This document shows positions 24,064 through 37,999 of a stretch of 64,000 bases of DNA, piece after piece. The notes under the pieces are model-generated. The model worked only from the letters and a program-made list of their open reading frames with translations. It did no database searches and had not been told where the DNA came from. The stretch's first letter is position 1; each line of letters opens with the position of its first letter. The position numbers and the translations under genes were made by a program. Source of the DNA: Ostrea edulis (Eukaryota); assembly GCF_947568905.1 (NCBI RefSeq), contig NC_079169.1, forward strand, positions 73,966,001-74,030,000, read 5' to 3'.

Positions 24064-24512
24064 GGAAAAACACCAGAATTGCCTAGCTACAGGGCGCCGC
24101 CATTGTGGACACCCAAAGTTGTGCGGAGAAGAAAAGTTGACAGGAGATCTGATTGGTCATTAACAGAAAATCTTTGTGATGGAATTTAATAGTGAAATAT
24201 AAGTGATAAAAATGACAGGTGACATAACAGAATATGTAGAAAGATACAGAAGCTATAAGGGAAGATCTGAGTGGAGAGGTGATATTTGGATGGACAATTT
24301 CATTCAGTGCGGATCTACACTAGTTGTTAACAGGCCAAAATTTGAAGGAAAAACGCAACGGCAAGCCATATATTTTTGGGTGGAATTTTGAAGGGGAGAT
24401 GATGAACTTTGCTGAATGGTGACTGATTTTTTGAAAATTGGCTTAATAAATAATTGACAGTGATTGGAATTTGTATGGAAGTCTATGTGAAAACATTTGG
24501 TGGTGTTTGTCC
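24064..24512 (+). repeat. Right long terminal direct repeat (449 bp)
   Basis: Identical to the left repeat except one substitution seen (agttat versus agctat). Flanked by TATA and AAAT. Confidence 0.97.
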
Positions 24513-25375
24513 AAATGAACTGGGTGTTACGTGCTATTTATAGAGTTTATCTCTGATACTAAGTGCGTCTACATGTGACCTGGAGGTTATAAATAATTTT
24601 ATTTTCCCTCAGTGTTCTCTGCATCTGTATTGACCTTCCGATTGTTAGCGCCCCAGATAGAAACCGAAGAGCCGTGAATTACTGTCTGTTCATGTGTGAC
24701 GTTCATCTGGTAAGTTACGTGCATAACAATTTTGACACAAATATCATATCAGTATGAACAACGAAAGGATTAATTTGGAATTTTTATAAATGTATGAATT
24801 TGTACACCTGTTTTCCTTGCAGAATAAGTTTACTAGATTGTATAATTGTGTGAATAACACAAGGACTGACGGACATTGCATCTAAATCATCGTAACAGTG
24901 ACAGACATGACGACGTTTGTTCATGTTACATAAATTTCAAAGCTGCATTCAGATTTAAAAAGTTTTATTAATTTAACAAATAAGTGTATATATTGAAGAT
25001 ATCAATGCATTATATTGCAGTGTTTGTCCTTTTTTTATATACACAAAAGAGAACTATACAATTAATTCTGGGCATGTTATAATAATTTAGCGTTGATAAA
25101 AATTTATGTCAAATCATTTAATTCTATAGAGAATTTTATATTGATAGGCCTTGTGAAATTCTAATTTATTTAGATGATATTAATATTGTTCATGGACATA
25201 AGAATTTGAATAGTAAGGTTTATAAAGGCAGCTGAAAAATATGAAAAAGACTGACCAAACAGCTATTGCTTAGATTGTAACAATGACAGACATTACCATG
25301 ATGACATTGTCTTCGTATGTTATACGGCATAAAAAGAAATCCTGATTTAAAGAAATTTCATAGTTTAAAAAGCCC

Positions 25376-25438
<63 letters not shown>
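25376..25438. repeat. (TA)n(GA)n compound microsatellite
   Basis: Direct reading. Confidence 0.95.
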
Positions 25439-25442
<4 letters not shown>

Positions 25443-25602
25443 TATTTCAAATATTGTCTATTTTTCAGCATCTATTATTTTGATAAAATAATGAAACTTT
25501 CAATTTCATTTGGTTGGCTATCTAGAAATGTCCACAGGGTTGTCATGTTTGTGTTACGATCTATCGATAAAGGAGACAAACATTTTTGCAATTTTTAGCT
25601 CA

Positions 25603-27942
25603 CCTCAGCTGAAAGTTCAGGAGAGCTTTTCTGATCGCCTGTTGTCCGTCTGGCCGTCTGTCTGTAAACTTTTTACATTTTGACTTCTACTCCAGAACCA
25701 CTGGGCCAATTATAACCAAACTTGGCCAAAAGCAGCCTTGGGTGAAGGGCTTTCAAGTTTGTTCAAATGAAGGGTCATGCCCTTTCAAAGGGAATCACGA
25801 AAATGCAAAAATAGGGTGGGGTTTAAAAATCTTCTTCTCAAGAACTACTAGCCAAGAAGAGCTGAAATTTAAATGAAAGTTTCCTGACACAATGCAGATT
25901 CGAGTTTGAACAAATCATGACCTCCGAAGGTAGGATGGGGCCACAATAGAGGATCAAAGATTTACATACAAATATATAGGGGAACTCTTTAAAGATCTTC
26001 TTCTCAAGAACCACTAGACCAGAAGAGTTGAAATTTACATGACAGCTTCCTGACATAGTGGAAATTCAAATTTCTTAAAATCATGGCACCCGGGGGTAGG
26101 TTAGGGCCACAATAGGAGATCAAGGATTTACATACAAATATATAGAAAAAAATCTTTAAAATCTTCTATTCAAGAACCACTGAGCCAGAAAAGCTGATAT
26201 TACCATGAAGCTTTCTGACATAGTGCAAATCGAAGTTTGTTATAATCATGGCCCCCGGGGGTAGAATGGGGCCACAAGAGGGGATCAAAGTTTTACATAC
26301 AAATATATAGGGAAAATGTTTAACAATCTTCTTCTCAAGAGCTACTGGACCAGGAAAGTAGAACTTTACAGGAAATCTTCCTGACATAGTGCAGACTCAA
26401 GGTTGTTAAAATCATGGTCCCTGGGGGTAATATGGGGCCACAACAGGGGATCAAAGTTTTACATACAAATGTATAGGAGGAATTTTTATAAATCGTCTTC
26501 TCAAGAACCACTGAGCCAGAAAGGTTGAGATTTACAAGAAAGCTTCCTGGCATAATGTAGATTCAAGTTTGTTAAACTCATGACCCCTGAGGCTAGGATG
26601 GGGCCACACTATGGGATCAAATTTTTACATATTGATAAATAGATAAAAATCTTTTTCGTAAGAACCATTTGGCCAAAGAAGTTTACATTTGCACGAAAGC
26701 TTTCTGAAATAGTGCAGATTCAATTTTGTAAAAATCATGGTTCCCGGGGGTAAGATGGAGCCACAGTAGGGGATCAACGTTTTACATACAAATATATAGA
26801 AAAAAATCCTTTAAAAATCTTCTGATGAAGAATCACTGGGAGAATTATAACTAAATTTGGCCAATAGTGTCCTTGGGTAAAGGGCGTTCAAGTTTGTTCA
26901 AATGAAGGGCCATGCCCCCTTGAAAGGGGAGATAATTACAAAAATTCAAAAATAGGGTGGGGTCATTTAAAATCTTCTCAAGAACCACTGAGCCAGAAGA
27001 GCTGAAATTTACATGAGAACTTTCTGACATACTGCAGATTCAAGTTTGTTCAAATCATGATCATGGCCCCGGGAGGCAGGATGGGACCACAATAGGGTTC
27101 ATAGTTTTAAAATATATAGGGAAAATCTTTAAAACTCTTCTTCTCAAGAACCATTGGGCCATAGAAGTTTACATTTGGATGAACGTTTCCTTACATAGTG
27201 CAGATTTAAGTTTGTAATAGGGATCAAAATTTTATATGCGAATATATAGTGTAGTGTTATATACACGAATTATTCTAGGAATGACTCGGTTTTTTGTGTA
27301 AGAGTTATGCCCCATTTTTCTACTCTTTATTTACAAAGTTTTGCACTGAGCCCGTGCACACCGCACAGTTTCTACCTTGTACAAGCGTACACCTTTTCCA
27401 GTGATGTAATCCCACAGTGGAAGTATTTTTTTGTGTTTTCTTATGTTTAAATTCTTTTTATGTACATGTTACATTTGCAGTCAATATCTATACAAAAGTT
27501 CATGTAAATTATTTAGACCTTTGGCGGGAAAACTGTTCGTGCTATGTTTCACCCATGCATAAACTAAACTTTCAAAGTAAGATTTATTAGGTAGTCATAT
27601 TCAGTTCTTTATTTATGTCATACATTTTTATTATCTTGCGTAATTTCTCGTTGTAAATCATAAATGATTTAGGTGTATTTTTTTGTCAACTGTGTGTTAT
27701 TAAGCAAGTGATACTTAGTCATAATTCAGTCAGTCATATTTATTATATTGAATTATTCATTGTTACACCATTATGTCATGTGTAATGTCTACATTTTCCG
27801 AATTGTAGTAGTTTTACTAATAGCGTACCAATAAAGAATTAACTGAACCACCATGGCTAGTGATCAGTACATATAGGGAAAATCTTTGAATATAGGCCAA
27901 GGTGACTCAAGTGAACGATGTGGCCCATGACCGTCTTGTTGA
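25603..27942. mobile_element. HINE element carrying a ~166-bp Cg170-like satellite array, with an internal restart near 26820 and a solo LTR insertion
   Basis: Left hairpin tttagctcacctcagctgaaagttcaggagagct plus a (GTCY)n-like tract. Monomers recur about every 166 bp (25831, 25996, 26163, 26328, 26496, 26655). The 5' unique part reappears at ~26828. Terminal box at 27877-27942. Confidence 0.85.
27250..27871. mobile_element. Solo LTR, unit B copy (622 bp)
   Basis: TG...CA with TATAG TSD at 27245-27249 and 27872-27876. Confidence 0.85.
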
Positions 27943-27999
27943 CAAAATGTATACTCAAAGAATGCAAATTAGCATTAACAATTGTAATTCAAAACATCT

Positions 28000-29647
28000 G
28001 AATTTTATAATCCATTCAGCTTAAATTTAGAGAAATTAATGATATACATCAACCTGTAACACACACACCACCCCCACCCACATAATGGTTCTTATAGTTG
28101 CATAATTACATGAATAAATATATATCATTATTTTTTTTTTATTTGGTATTCGGTTTTTGTCACATGCATACATGTACATATACTACCCTCTCACACTGAT
28201 TCATTCATCCTTTAATAGTTATTAAATCTAGGAATCCAAAAAACAAACACATGTGAAAAGTAGCTAGTAAAAAAAAATCAGTCAAAAATAATCTGATATA
28301 ATTTTAATATATATTATTTTTTATGCATGCATGCTGATATGTACATAGCTTGCAGGGCAATAAACACTTTTCACCACTTTCATCTTCTTTTTGTGTGATT
28401 CTATTGTTTTTTAATTCAATGATTTGTGGATAAACATTGTGTTGTAGCACAGATTTTAAAAATCCCTACATTAACACACACCCCCCCCCCCCCCCCCAGA
28501 TTGATTTAATGTTTTTTTTTTACTGTGGAGATTTATCATTTCAATCATTATTATTTTAAAAAGAATCATTTCATCAAATGAATTGTTTGCATTGACACAT
28601 CATGAGAACTTCCATCAAAATTGTCTAGCAATCAAACACAGTTTTCAAAAAAAAATAACAGAGAAAATTCGACATTTTTACTTACCACTTCCAACGGGAA
28701 CAAATATTTCCCTTGAAACATTGAAGTTTACTGCTCTGTCTGCTTTACACTTTCCTTTGTGTAGTAGATAACAACATTTGGTGGTGGTTGCCTCCAGTAA
28801 ATCCCCAAAGAATCGCAATGACCTCGGCATACTAGTAAGCATCTGCACCGTGCACGATAGTTTAAACAGTTAAACTTTTACGTCGAATTCGAAGTACCCC
28901 GATCTGTACAGCAGGGGGTCAATCTCGGTTGAATATTACACGCAGTTCCAACTTTAAAATATCTTGAATATCCACTTATGTCTTTTGAACAATTATTAAG
29001 GGTTGACAAGTCCCTAAAATAAGGACCACTCCTAGAAAAACTTCACCTTTCTATCATTTGTCAGCCATATCTGTTTACCCACGAAACTTATATAAGGTCC
29101 GGGCTGAATATTTATTTTTCACCATCAAATTAAAAAAAAAATTAATTCCACGTTTACACTTGATAAAAAAATCGAGATAAGTGAAAAATGTTCTAAATAA
29201 ATACTGTTTCTTCGAAAATTACAATTTATGCAAGTTTCGGATCATTTTACATTTTTTACGCCAAGGGAGGTAACTCAAATTACTGGCTTTTTGGCTACTT
29301 CTGTCAGTAAATGCTCAACAACAGCATTGTTTCCCAGCAATTTTATTGTTTCATCTTAATTATTAAGGAATTTCCTTCAAATATTGTTTATACTTTCTGG
29401 ACAAATTTTATTGTATTGGGTATTATTTAACTTTACAAAATGATCATTTTCTATAGATTATATAGTGTCCTCGAATTTATGAAATAGGCCAAGTTTTGGC
29501 ATCTAACAATGTTTTTTGTGAAATTCACTTTACATACGATAAAATTGGCGTATGACCTTAACTTTTATTGGGTATGAATAAAATTTTGGGGAATTGCATG
29601 TGCCAGCTGTATTATAGCTACTGCCTGATATCTCCGTGGACGGCCTC
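28000..29647. mobile_element. Unit-B-specific 1.65-kb insertion at a TTAA site with one Kolobok/Sola3-like end
   Basis: Unit A empty site aaacatcTTAAaaagaacc. The right end reads TTAA|GAGGCCGTCC on the minus strand. No matching left TIR. Confidence 0.55.
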
Positions 29648-30949
29648 TTAAAAAGAACCTGTGACTTAATATAGGTAATTGCACTTATATAAAAACTGCA
29701 ACACTTTGGAAGATGTGCATGGTCATAATACTATTCCATGAAGCTTATATTTAATGTAATCATGATAAAAGATGTAGATTTGTTAAAATGTCATATCAAA
29801 TTACATTTACATGAAAATCAGATGAATGGATAAGAATTTGTAAAGACCATGAAAATACTTAATAAACAGAACGTGTTACCTTACAGCAATAAGAAACATG
29901 CGAGGCCACACACATCCGAAAGTAAACTTAAAAATTAATTATGCTGAGAGAATGAGAAAATACAAAGAGAGTTGGAATGAAGATAAAAAAAAAAACCCAG
30001 AAAAACAGAGAGAAAACTAGAGAGAGAATGAGATCTTATCGAGAGAGGAAAAAAGATCAAGAAGCAAGGTCCAGTCAGAATACTGTCAGAATGACTCGTG
30101 AAGGATTTAAAAAGGAAGAAGAAAGGAAAACGAGAAATGCTGAATATAGAAGGAAATACAGAAAAGACGAATACGTGAAAAATATGTGTTAAGAAAGAAA
30201 ATGAAAAGAGAGGAGAGAAAAAGAAATCTGAGATCAAAGTATGCACATTGTCAGCAAAACGAAGTACAGAACCCAGCACATCAAGTGTGTCGTCAACTCC
30301 ATATAAAACTAGTGCTCTAAAGAAAGCAGTCTATAGGATTAAGGGGAAATTACCAAAATCTCCTAGAAAATTTGCTGAAATAGTTAAAGGACTCGTGGAA
30401 AAAGCTTCAATTCATAAAAAAAAGAGGTTTTGGCAGAAAAGGGTTTAATGGTCAACAAAAGATACACAGATGCCATCAGGGAAGTTGATCAAAGTTTAAG
30501 AGGAAGAGCAAATTAGTTAGAACATTAAGAAAGTCATTTATAAGTAGTTTAGTAAAAACATAAAAAAGTACATTTATGGAACAATCCAAAACGTCAGCAC
30601 TGAGTTAGGCATTCACAAAAATTTCTTAAGTTCAGGATGCCTGAAAGAAGACAGGAAGAGAAAAGAGTGTTTGGATGAGACAATAGAAAAATCTGTTAAA
30701 ACATTCTTCCAACAGGATCAGGTTTCAACTAATTTGCCAAATAAGAAGTTATTCAAGAAAGACAGTGATGAAAGTAGAGTGTTGCTGGGTACACTCAACA
30801 CGACTTATAAGATGTGAAAGGAAGCTAACCCACATCAGAAGATTTTACTTGACAAGTTCTCTAAACTGGAGCATAAAGAGGTTAAAACCCAAAAGTAAAG
30901 GAATTTTTTACAATGTCTATGTGAATATTGTGTGAGAATGCCAATTTGA

Positions 30950-31187
30950 TTGATTGATTGAATATTTCTAACGTCCCGCTCGAGAATATTTCACTCATAT
31001 GGAGACGTCACCACTATGCTCGGCGCTTATGGCCATTGAGCAGGGAGGGATCTTTATCGTGCCACACCTGCTGTGACCAGGGACATCGGTTTTTGCGGTC
31101 TCATCCGAAGGAAGGACCGCCCCATTTATTCGCCTCATACGAAAGCAAGGGGTACTGAAGACCTATTCTAACCCGGATCCCCCGGGG
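30950..31187 (-). mobile_element. SINE-like element (duplicate of 2069-2306)
   Basis: Same site and AATTTGA flanks. Confidence 0.75.
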
Positions 31188-32240
31188 AATTTGAAGCTTC
31201 AAGAAATTAACAAAATTGCAGACAAAAAGAAGTAGACCTGAAAATGAAAAACATTTTTCATGTATTGGACTTACTATGACACTATGTACAAAAAGAGGAA
31301 AGTTCCACAACTTAGAATGTATTGACAGAACATGTTCCAAATGTGATACTGAGAAGCTGATGGATAAGCTGAAAACTGAGTTTTTAGAAATGGAAGTGAA
31401 GTGGAAAAATGAGCAATGCAAACAACAACAAACAAAAAGACAGGAAAAGAAGTAAAAAAGAAGCAAATAACTACTTTAAAAGGAAATACAACTGACTCAA
31501 TTCAGAAGTTTTGTGGCGAAATTTTTTTTTATCCAAGTATTTGTTTGAGGCAAATTGGCAGGTTTCCCAGTTTGCAGAGTTAAGAAACCATCTTCATCCA
31601 AGCACGGTGGCAATAACAATTGATTTTGCGGAGAACTACACTTGCACTTGTCAAAATGAAGTCCAGTCTGCGCATAGGACAAAAGAGTGTATTACTATTC
31701 ACCCAGCAATAGTTTATTATAAATGCCCACAATGTCAAGATGAGGTAGTTGAAGAGGAGTGTGATATCATTCGTGATGATCTCACCCACGATTTTCATGC
31801 AGTTCATACATTCCTTGTGAAAATCTTTTCTTATAAGAAAGCACAGGACTTAGAATTAGTAAAGCAATTATCTTGAAGTATGGATGCACATCTTAGTACA
31901 AGTCCAAAATTCCGTTTGCAGATATTGCAAATGCCATTACATACTTTGGATTTACGATCTAAAGATATTATTATGGGTCTAGGCACGAAAAAAGCAGGTG
32001 TGATGGAGAGGGAGGGGTCCTTAAATCCAGAGTCACAAGAGCTGTGAAAAATAATGAAGCAGTTGTGGAAAATGCATTGGCTCAAGTTCTGCAAAGAAAA
32101 CCTGGGAAAGGAGACAGAGATAGGGGAAAATGTATTCACAAAGGACGGCACATGTTCTTTGTTCATTTAGAAGAGATTAGACAACCGAGACCAGAGTGAA
32201 ATGTTAAGACTGTCTCAGGAACTCAAAAGATGCATTCATT

Positions 32241-33400
32241 GTATAAATATGGGAAGTTGACGATGGAGAAACTGAAATCATCCCGTTTGTCATACAGTTG
32301 AGTTGTCAGTTTGCCGTTAATGTCTACTTTCAATAAAATATCTAAATATGAAGCAGAAGTGGACGACTCTGTGGTGTCTTTTATATTGAGCTCACAGGGA
32401 TAAATCGAATCGACATGAAAGTTATTATTGTTCATAGACAAAACGTCAACTTACCATATCTATGAAGCAATATTCCATTATCACCTGTATATGGTGTTTA
32501 TATATCTCAACTGATTCGATACGCTAGAGCTTGTTCTGCGTATGGTCAGTTTTTAAATCGATGCAAGCTACTGACAAACAAGTTGATGGCACAGGAGTTT
32601 CAACAGTCTCGATTGAAGTCGGCATTTCGCAAATTCTATGGTCGTTATAGCGATGTAGTTCGGCAATACAACCTACCATTTGGTCAAATGCTGTCTGACG
32701 TGTTTCATACCGATTGTTAGGCCGTTCTTGGCACTCTGATTTTGACTACGGATAACTCCGTTTACCTGATCAGGATATAGGGCTCGCGGCGGATGTGATC
32801 GGTCGACAGGGGATGCTTACTCCTCCTAGGCACCTGATCCTACCTCTGGTGTGTCCAGGGGTCCGTGTTTACCCAACTATCGATTTTGTATTGTTTATAA
32901 GAGTTGTGAGATTGATCACTGTTGGTTATCTTCATCTATTATCTAAATGTCGAATTGACGGCCACAGCAAGAGAGTTTTTCTTCGCACGTAGAAGTTTTT
33001 GAATAAATTCTGCTTCATATGAATATAGAAACAGGTCAGCTAAGAAAGGAGCACTATTCGTGCCCATGGGAATCCTAACAGACTGTTGGAAGACCTGATC
33101 ACCAAAGACCACGAATATATTGTTAATGAGGAACTCTAGCATATTTTTTATTTCAACTTCAGAGTACTTGTGCGTGGATTCAGAGTGCTGTTTAACAAAG
33201 TAAGTTTTTGGATGACTGATATGAATATTTCCGTTTTCCAGTTTTGTTGAAGAAGCAACTGTCTATGATGTCAAAAAATCTAATCTTTAATTTATCGTGA
33301 GGAATGGTCTTATAAAGTGTTGAAAAGTCATGGGTTTTGATGTTATTGATTTGGGAAAAGTTATTTAATTTCTTAAATTAGAGGTTTTTGATCGTGGACA
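32241..33400. mobile_element. Rearranged Penelope/Naiad-type RT fragment, unit B
   Basis: ORFs 32223-32441(-) and 32939-33142(-) with the plus-strand 3' part between them, same topology as unit A. Confidence 0.85.
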
Positions 33401-34271
33401 ATTCATTAAAGTCATCTATGTGTCTGGATATCTGCCAGCTGTTGTAAAGATTCTTGTTTTCTAATAAGTGAAACATTAAAATTCATTTGTTTATTTACTA
33501 GTATTTATTATTTATCTTATTTTAAACTTATCACATTATTCTTTGAAACCATGCAGTTCTTGTATGTTCTTCTGATTTTTTGTATCTAACTTTCCGATAT
33601 TGAATCTTTCAATGTGCCATTATGTAGGAAGAGTAGTAATTTTGATCCAAAATTTAATTTCTGGCAAAATCATATAAAGATCCATATCATTTTTTCTATC
33701 TGAATGTAGCAGATCTCTATATTGACAGTTTTCGGTCTGGTTTTGTAAGTAATACTAATGCAAATATTATGTTCTACTATTTTTTTCAGGTGGTTGAGTG
33801 GCCTTATGTACAATTTTATAAGAAAAAGAAAGATTTTCATTGGATAAAACTTGAAATTTCCCATGTAATAGATAAAAATGATGTCTGAGGACCGATAAGT
33901 GATCCTGTTGTCCAAAAGAAAGGCAGAAGAACATTTTATGAATTTTATGGTAATTAATGTTAATATTTATAATATGAACATTATTTCATTGAATCATTTA
34001 TAGAAAATTAGTTTTTCCGTTTCAAATATGGCTGAAATACTACCGCCTCAGCGTAAAACAATTATTAATTAATTAATCAATCAATCAATGAAATAGGTAA
34101 TAATAATGTAACATACACAGGATAAACTGATCTGTCAAATATCGCAAAATCAGAAAAATTTAAAAATCATATATATATATATTTTCATTTTACAGACATG
34201 GATCTCTGACAAACAGACATCGATCTCTGACAATGAAAATACACTGTATACATATAATTTTGACAATTTAA

Positions 34272-35726
34272 TACAAGAGGCCCATGGGCCTAGAATCGCT
34301 CTTCTGATACATTGTAGAACAGGCAAAACTTCTCACTAACCAATATTCATCAATTAAGAAAGTTTGATGATGTTAAGTCAAATAGTACCTGAAAATTTAA
34401 ATGTAACTGTCCAAAAGTAGATCACGGTGACCTACTTTTGGTCGACACACTGAAGACTCAAGATGCATCAACTGACAAGTCAAATAGTATTCAAATATAG
34501 CCGTCAAATTCCAAAAGGCCACAGTGACCTACTTTTTGGTCGAGACACTCCAAAGACCTAAGATGCATCAACTGACAAAGTTTGATAATTGAAGTCAAAT
34601 AGTATCTGAAATATTCTGATATGAACGTCAAACTCCAAAAGTAGGTCACAATGACCTACTTTATGGTCGACACACACCGAAGACTCAAGACCCATCAACT
34701 GACGAAGTTTGATGATTGTAAGTCAAATACTATTTGAAATACACAAATATAGCCGTCAAAATCCAAAAGTAGGTCAAGGTGACCTACTTTTTGGTCAATA
34801 AACTATGAAGGCTCAAGATGCATCAACTGACAAAGTTTGATGATCCTAGCTTTCATAGTGTCCAAAATATGCATCTAAAATTGAAAATGTGAAATTTGAA
34901 TGTCTGCAAAATTCAAAAAGTAGGTCACTGTGACCTTACTTTTTTTGATAAATATGTTTCGAGGCCTCTAGACGCATCATCTTACAAGGTTTGATGATTC
35001 TAAACCTCTCAGTATCTGAAATAACAACCTAAAATGTATTCATAAATAATTAATAACCATAAAATTCAGAAAGTAGGTCATGGTGACATACTTTTCACAT
35101 AACGCACTTTAAGGTCCCATGATCCATCAACTGACAACTTTTGATGACCATAGGCTCAAAAGTGTCCAAGATATGCATCAAAATCCATTTAATAATAATT
35201 ACCTGCGAAATTCAAAAAGTAGGTCACCATGTCCTACTTCTGAGACAACATGATATTAGGTCCTAAGATGCATCAACTGACAATTTTGATGATCGTAGTC
35301 CTTATACTAAGCAAAATATCAAAGTTTTAACAAAACAAAATTTAAGGTCAAATTTGAAGTGACCTTGAGACCACACCCTTTGCCCCAGGATGATGCCTTG
35401 AACAATTTTTTTTTAATTTACAACCTATCCTCATCCTTATGCATAAGTTTGGTGATAATTTGCCCAGTGGTTCTTGAGAAGAATTTTTAGCAACCCCTAC
35501 TTTTTTTGCATTTTCCTAATTATCTCCCCTTGTTAAAGGGTCACAACCCTAGTTTTAGTACAAATGAAAGCCCTTGGGCCAAGAACACCCTGTGACAAAT
35601 TTGACGAAAATTGGCCAAGGGGTTCTTGAGATATAGCCCTTTTTCCAAAAAGTTGGTGCACACCGCACGCCAGACATATGACCATATGATTAGCTCTTTG
35701 AGCCTTCGGCTTACAAGAGCTAAAAA
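34272..35726. mobile_element. HINE-type element with palindromic satellite, unit B (7 repeats)
   Basis: Same ends as 5423-6979, lacking one ~103-bp repeat. Confidence 0.8.
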
Positions 35727-36034
35727 TACATATCAGATCATTCTTCTTTCTTTTTATATGCAGAATAATTAAGTAAAAAAAATCATAAGGGTATAAATCT
35801 TGCATGGCAAAAAAAAAAAATACATCCCATAGAAATTTGTCAATGGAGCTGTCACACATTTGTCGGATATGAAGAACACAATGACCTTAATCAGTGGTGC
35901 AGAATCGCACACCACATTATAGATAGTATACATGTCGGGGTTTCTGTTAAGTTACATTAGACATGACATGTCTTTATTTGACCTGCCTGTCACGTTACAA
36001 GATTTGTTTGTGTTTATTATGTTATGGGAGTTGT

Positions 36035-37300
36035 CTGTCATGTTACATTATACGTCTGTCATTTTAAAGTATTTGGCTTTCATGTTACGTTACATGTCTG
36101 TCCATGTTACGGTATACGTCTGTCATGTTACAGTATACGTCTGTCATGTTATGGTATATGTCTGTCATGTTACGGTATACGTCTGTCATGTTACGGTATA
36201 CGTCTGTCATGTTACAGTATATGTCTATCATGTTACAGTATATGTCTGTCATGTTACGGTATATGTCTGTCATGTTACGGTATACGTCTGTCATGTTACA
36301 GTATACGTCTGTCATGTTACGGTATATGTCTTTCATGTTACGGTATACGTCTGTCCATGTTATGGTATACGTCTGTCATGTTACAGTATATGTCTGTCAT
36401 GTTACGGTATATGTCTGTCATGTTACGGTATATGTCTGTCATGTTACGTTATCTGTCTGTCATGTTATTGTATATATCTGTCCATGTTACGGTATATGTC
36501 TTTCATGTTACGGTATATGTCTGTCATGTTACGGTATATGTCTGTCATGTTACGGTATATGTCTGTCATGTTACGGTATATAACTGTCATGTTTCGGTAT
36601 ATGTCTGTCATGTTACGGTATATGTCTGTCATGTTACGGTATATGTCTGTCATGTTACGGTATATGTATGTCATGTTACGTTATATGTCTGTCCATGTTA
36701 CGGTATATGTCTGTCCATGTTACGTTAGATGTCTGTCATGTAACGTTATCTGTCTGTCATGTCACGGTATATGTCTGTCCATGTTACGGTATCTGTCTGT
36801 CCATGTTACGTTATCTGTCTGTCCATGTTACGGTATATGGTCTGTCCATGTTACGTTATATGTCTGTCATGTAACGTTTTCTGTCTGTCATGTTACGTTA
36901 TATGTCTGTCATGTTACGGTATATGTCTGTCCATGTTACGTTATATGTCTGTCATGTTAAGGTATATGTCTGTCCATGTTACGTTATATGTCTGTCATGT
37001 AACGTTTTCTGTCTGTCATGTAACGTTATCTGTCTGTCATGTTACGGTATATGTCTGTCCATGTTACGTTATATGTCTGTCATGTTACGTTATCTGTCTG
37101 TCATGTTACGGTATATGTCTGTCATATGATACGGTATATGTCTGTCCATGTTACATTATATGTCTGTCATGTTACGGTACATGTATATGTCTATCATTTT
37201 ACAGTATTTGACTTTCATGTTACGTTATATGTCTGTCATGTTACGGTATATGTCTGTCATGTTACGTTATTTGTCTGTCATGTTACGTTATCTCTCCGTG
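36035..37300. repeat. 21/22-bp minisatellite, unit B, roughly 60 units
   Basis: Direct reading. Confidence 0.98.
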
Positions 37301-37476
37301 ATTGTTACGTTACACAAATTCCAATTGTTCATAAAATATCTATTTGTGATTTATTATCTATTTTTGACATTTTATATCTTATTTAGAATCTAAACTTGAT
37401 ATCCAAATAAAAAAGAATTAGGAAAAACTCATGTTTAAATATTTTCTAATCCCCCCCCCCTCCCCATTATATGCTC

Positions 37477-37693
37477 AATGTGTTTTCACCAGCTATTAAC
37501 CTCCGAGTTCAAAGGAGTCAACCATATTGAAACTTTAAATTTCTGGTGAAGATATGCAAAAGAAAAGAAAAAAAGTAATATTCTCCAATCGTTTTGCACC
37601 TTTTGAACTTGCATCATCATGTGCTGAACAACCATAATATGGTTGACTCCTTTGAACTAAGAGGCTAATACATGTAGCTGGTGAAAATATATT
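37477..37693. mobile_element. MITE-like element (duplicate of 9423-9640)
   Basis: Same TIRs. Confidence 0.7.
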
Positions 37694-37999
37694 TGATCTG
37701 CCGAAAAGACGATCAACATTCATTCAAATATTGTGAGGGTGACCATAAGTAGCTATATTTTAAACAGTAATTCTAAGTTGGACTGCAACTGATGACGGAT
37801 GCATAAAATCCAACACAATGAAGGTAAATTGCAGGGATAATTGGATTTATTTTTTCAAAGTTTCTGTGACGTCAAGTAAACGATTTAGCATCTCTCTTGA
37901 TTGATCTCAGTATACATGTACTTATCATCCACATTCCTAATTATCATTTACAGGATTGTCATTTGACGATGGCATCAACATCTTTATGTATTGTTTCAT

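Larger units (their letters stand above)
21215..24512. mobile_element. KolobokP-type composite DNA transposon (3298 bp), non-autonomous deletion derivative
   Basis: Two 449-bp direct repeats, 4-bp TSD AAAT (21211-21214, 24513-24516), internal His-Me finger ORF and Kolobok-type transposase N-terminus on opposite strands. Confidence 0.9.
29952..33470 (+). pseudogene. Sola-like DDD transposase pseudogene, unit B
   Basis: Same motifs as the unit A copy (IDFAENY, YGSRHEKSRCDGEGGVLKSRVTRAVK) with stops and frameshifts. Confidence 0.75.

Noticed and set aside
21215-24512. LTR retrotransposon interpretation of the 449-bp direct repeats
   Set aside because: The ends are GG...CC with TIRs rather than TG...CA, there is no gag/RT/integrase, and the internal ORFs are a Kolobok-type transposase and a His-Me nuclease.
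25838-26553. Similar ~72-aa minus-strand ORFs recurring every ~166 bp
   Set aside because: Satellite monomer translations.
26821-26870. CTGATGA as a hammerhead ribozyme core (also 15192, 40592 and 58612 on the minus strand)
   Set aside because: No correctly placed GAAA or stem II/III pairing was found.
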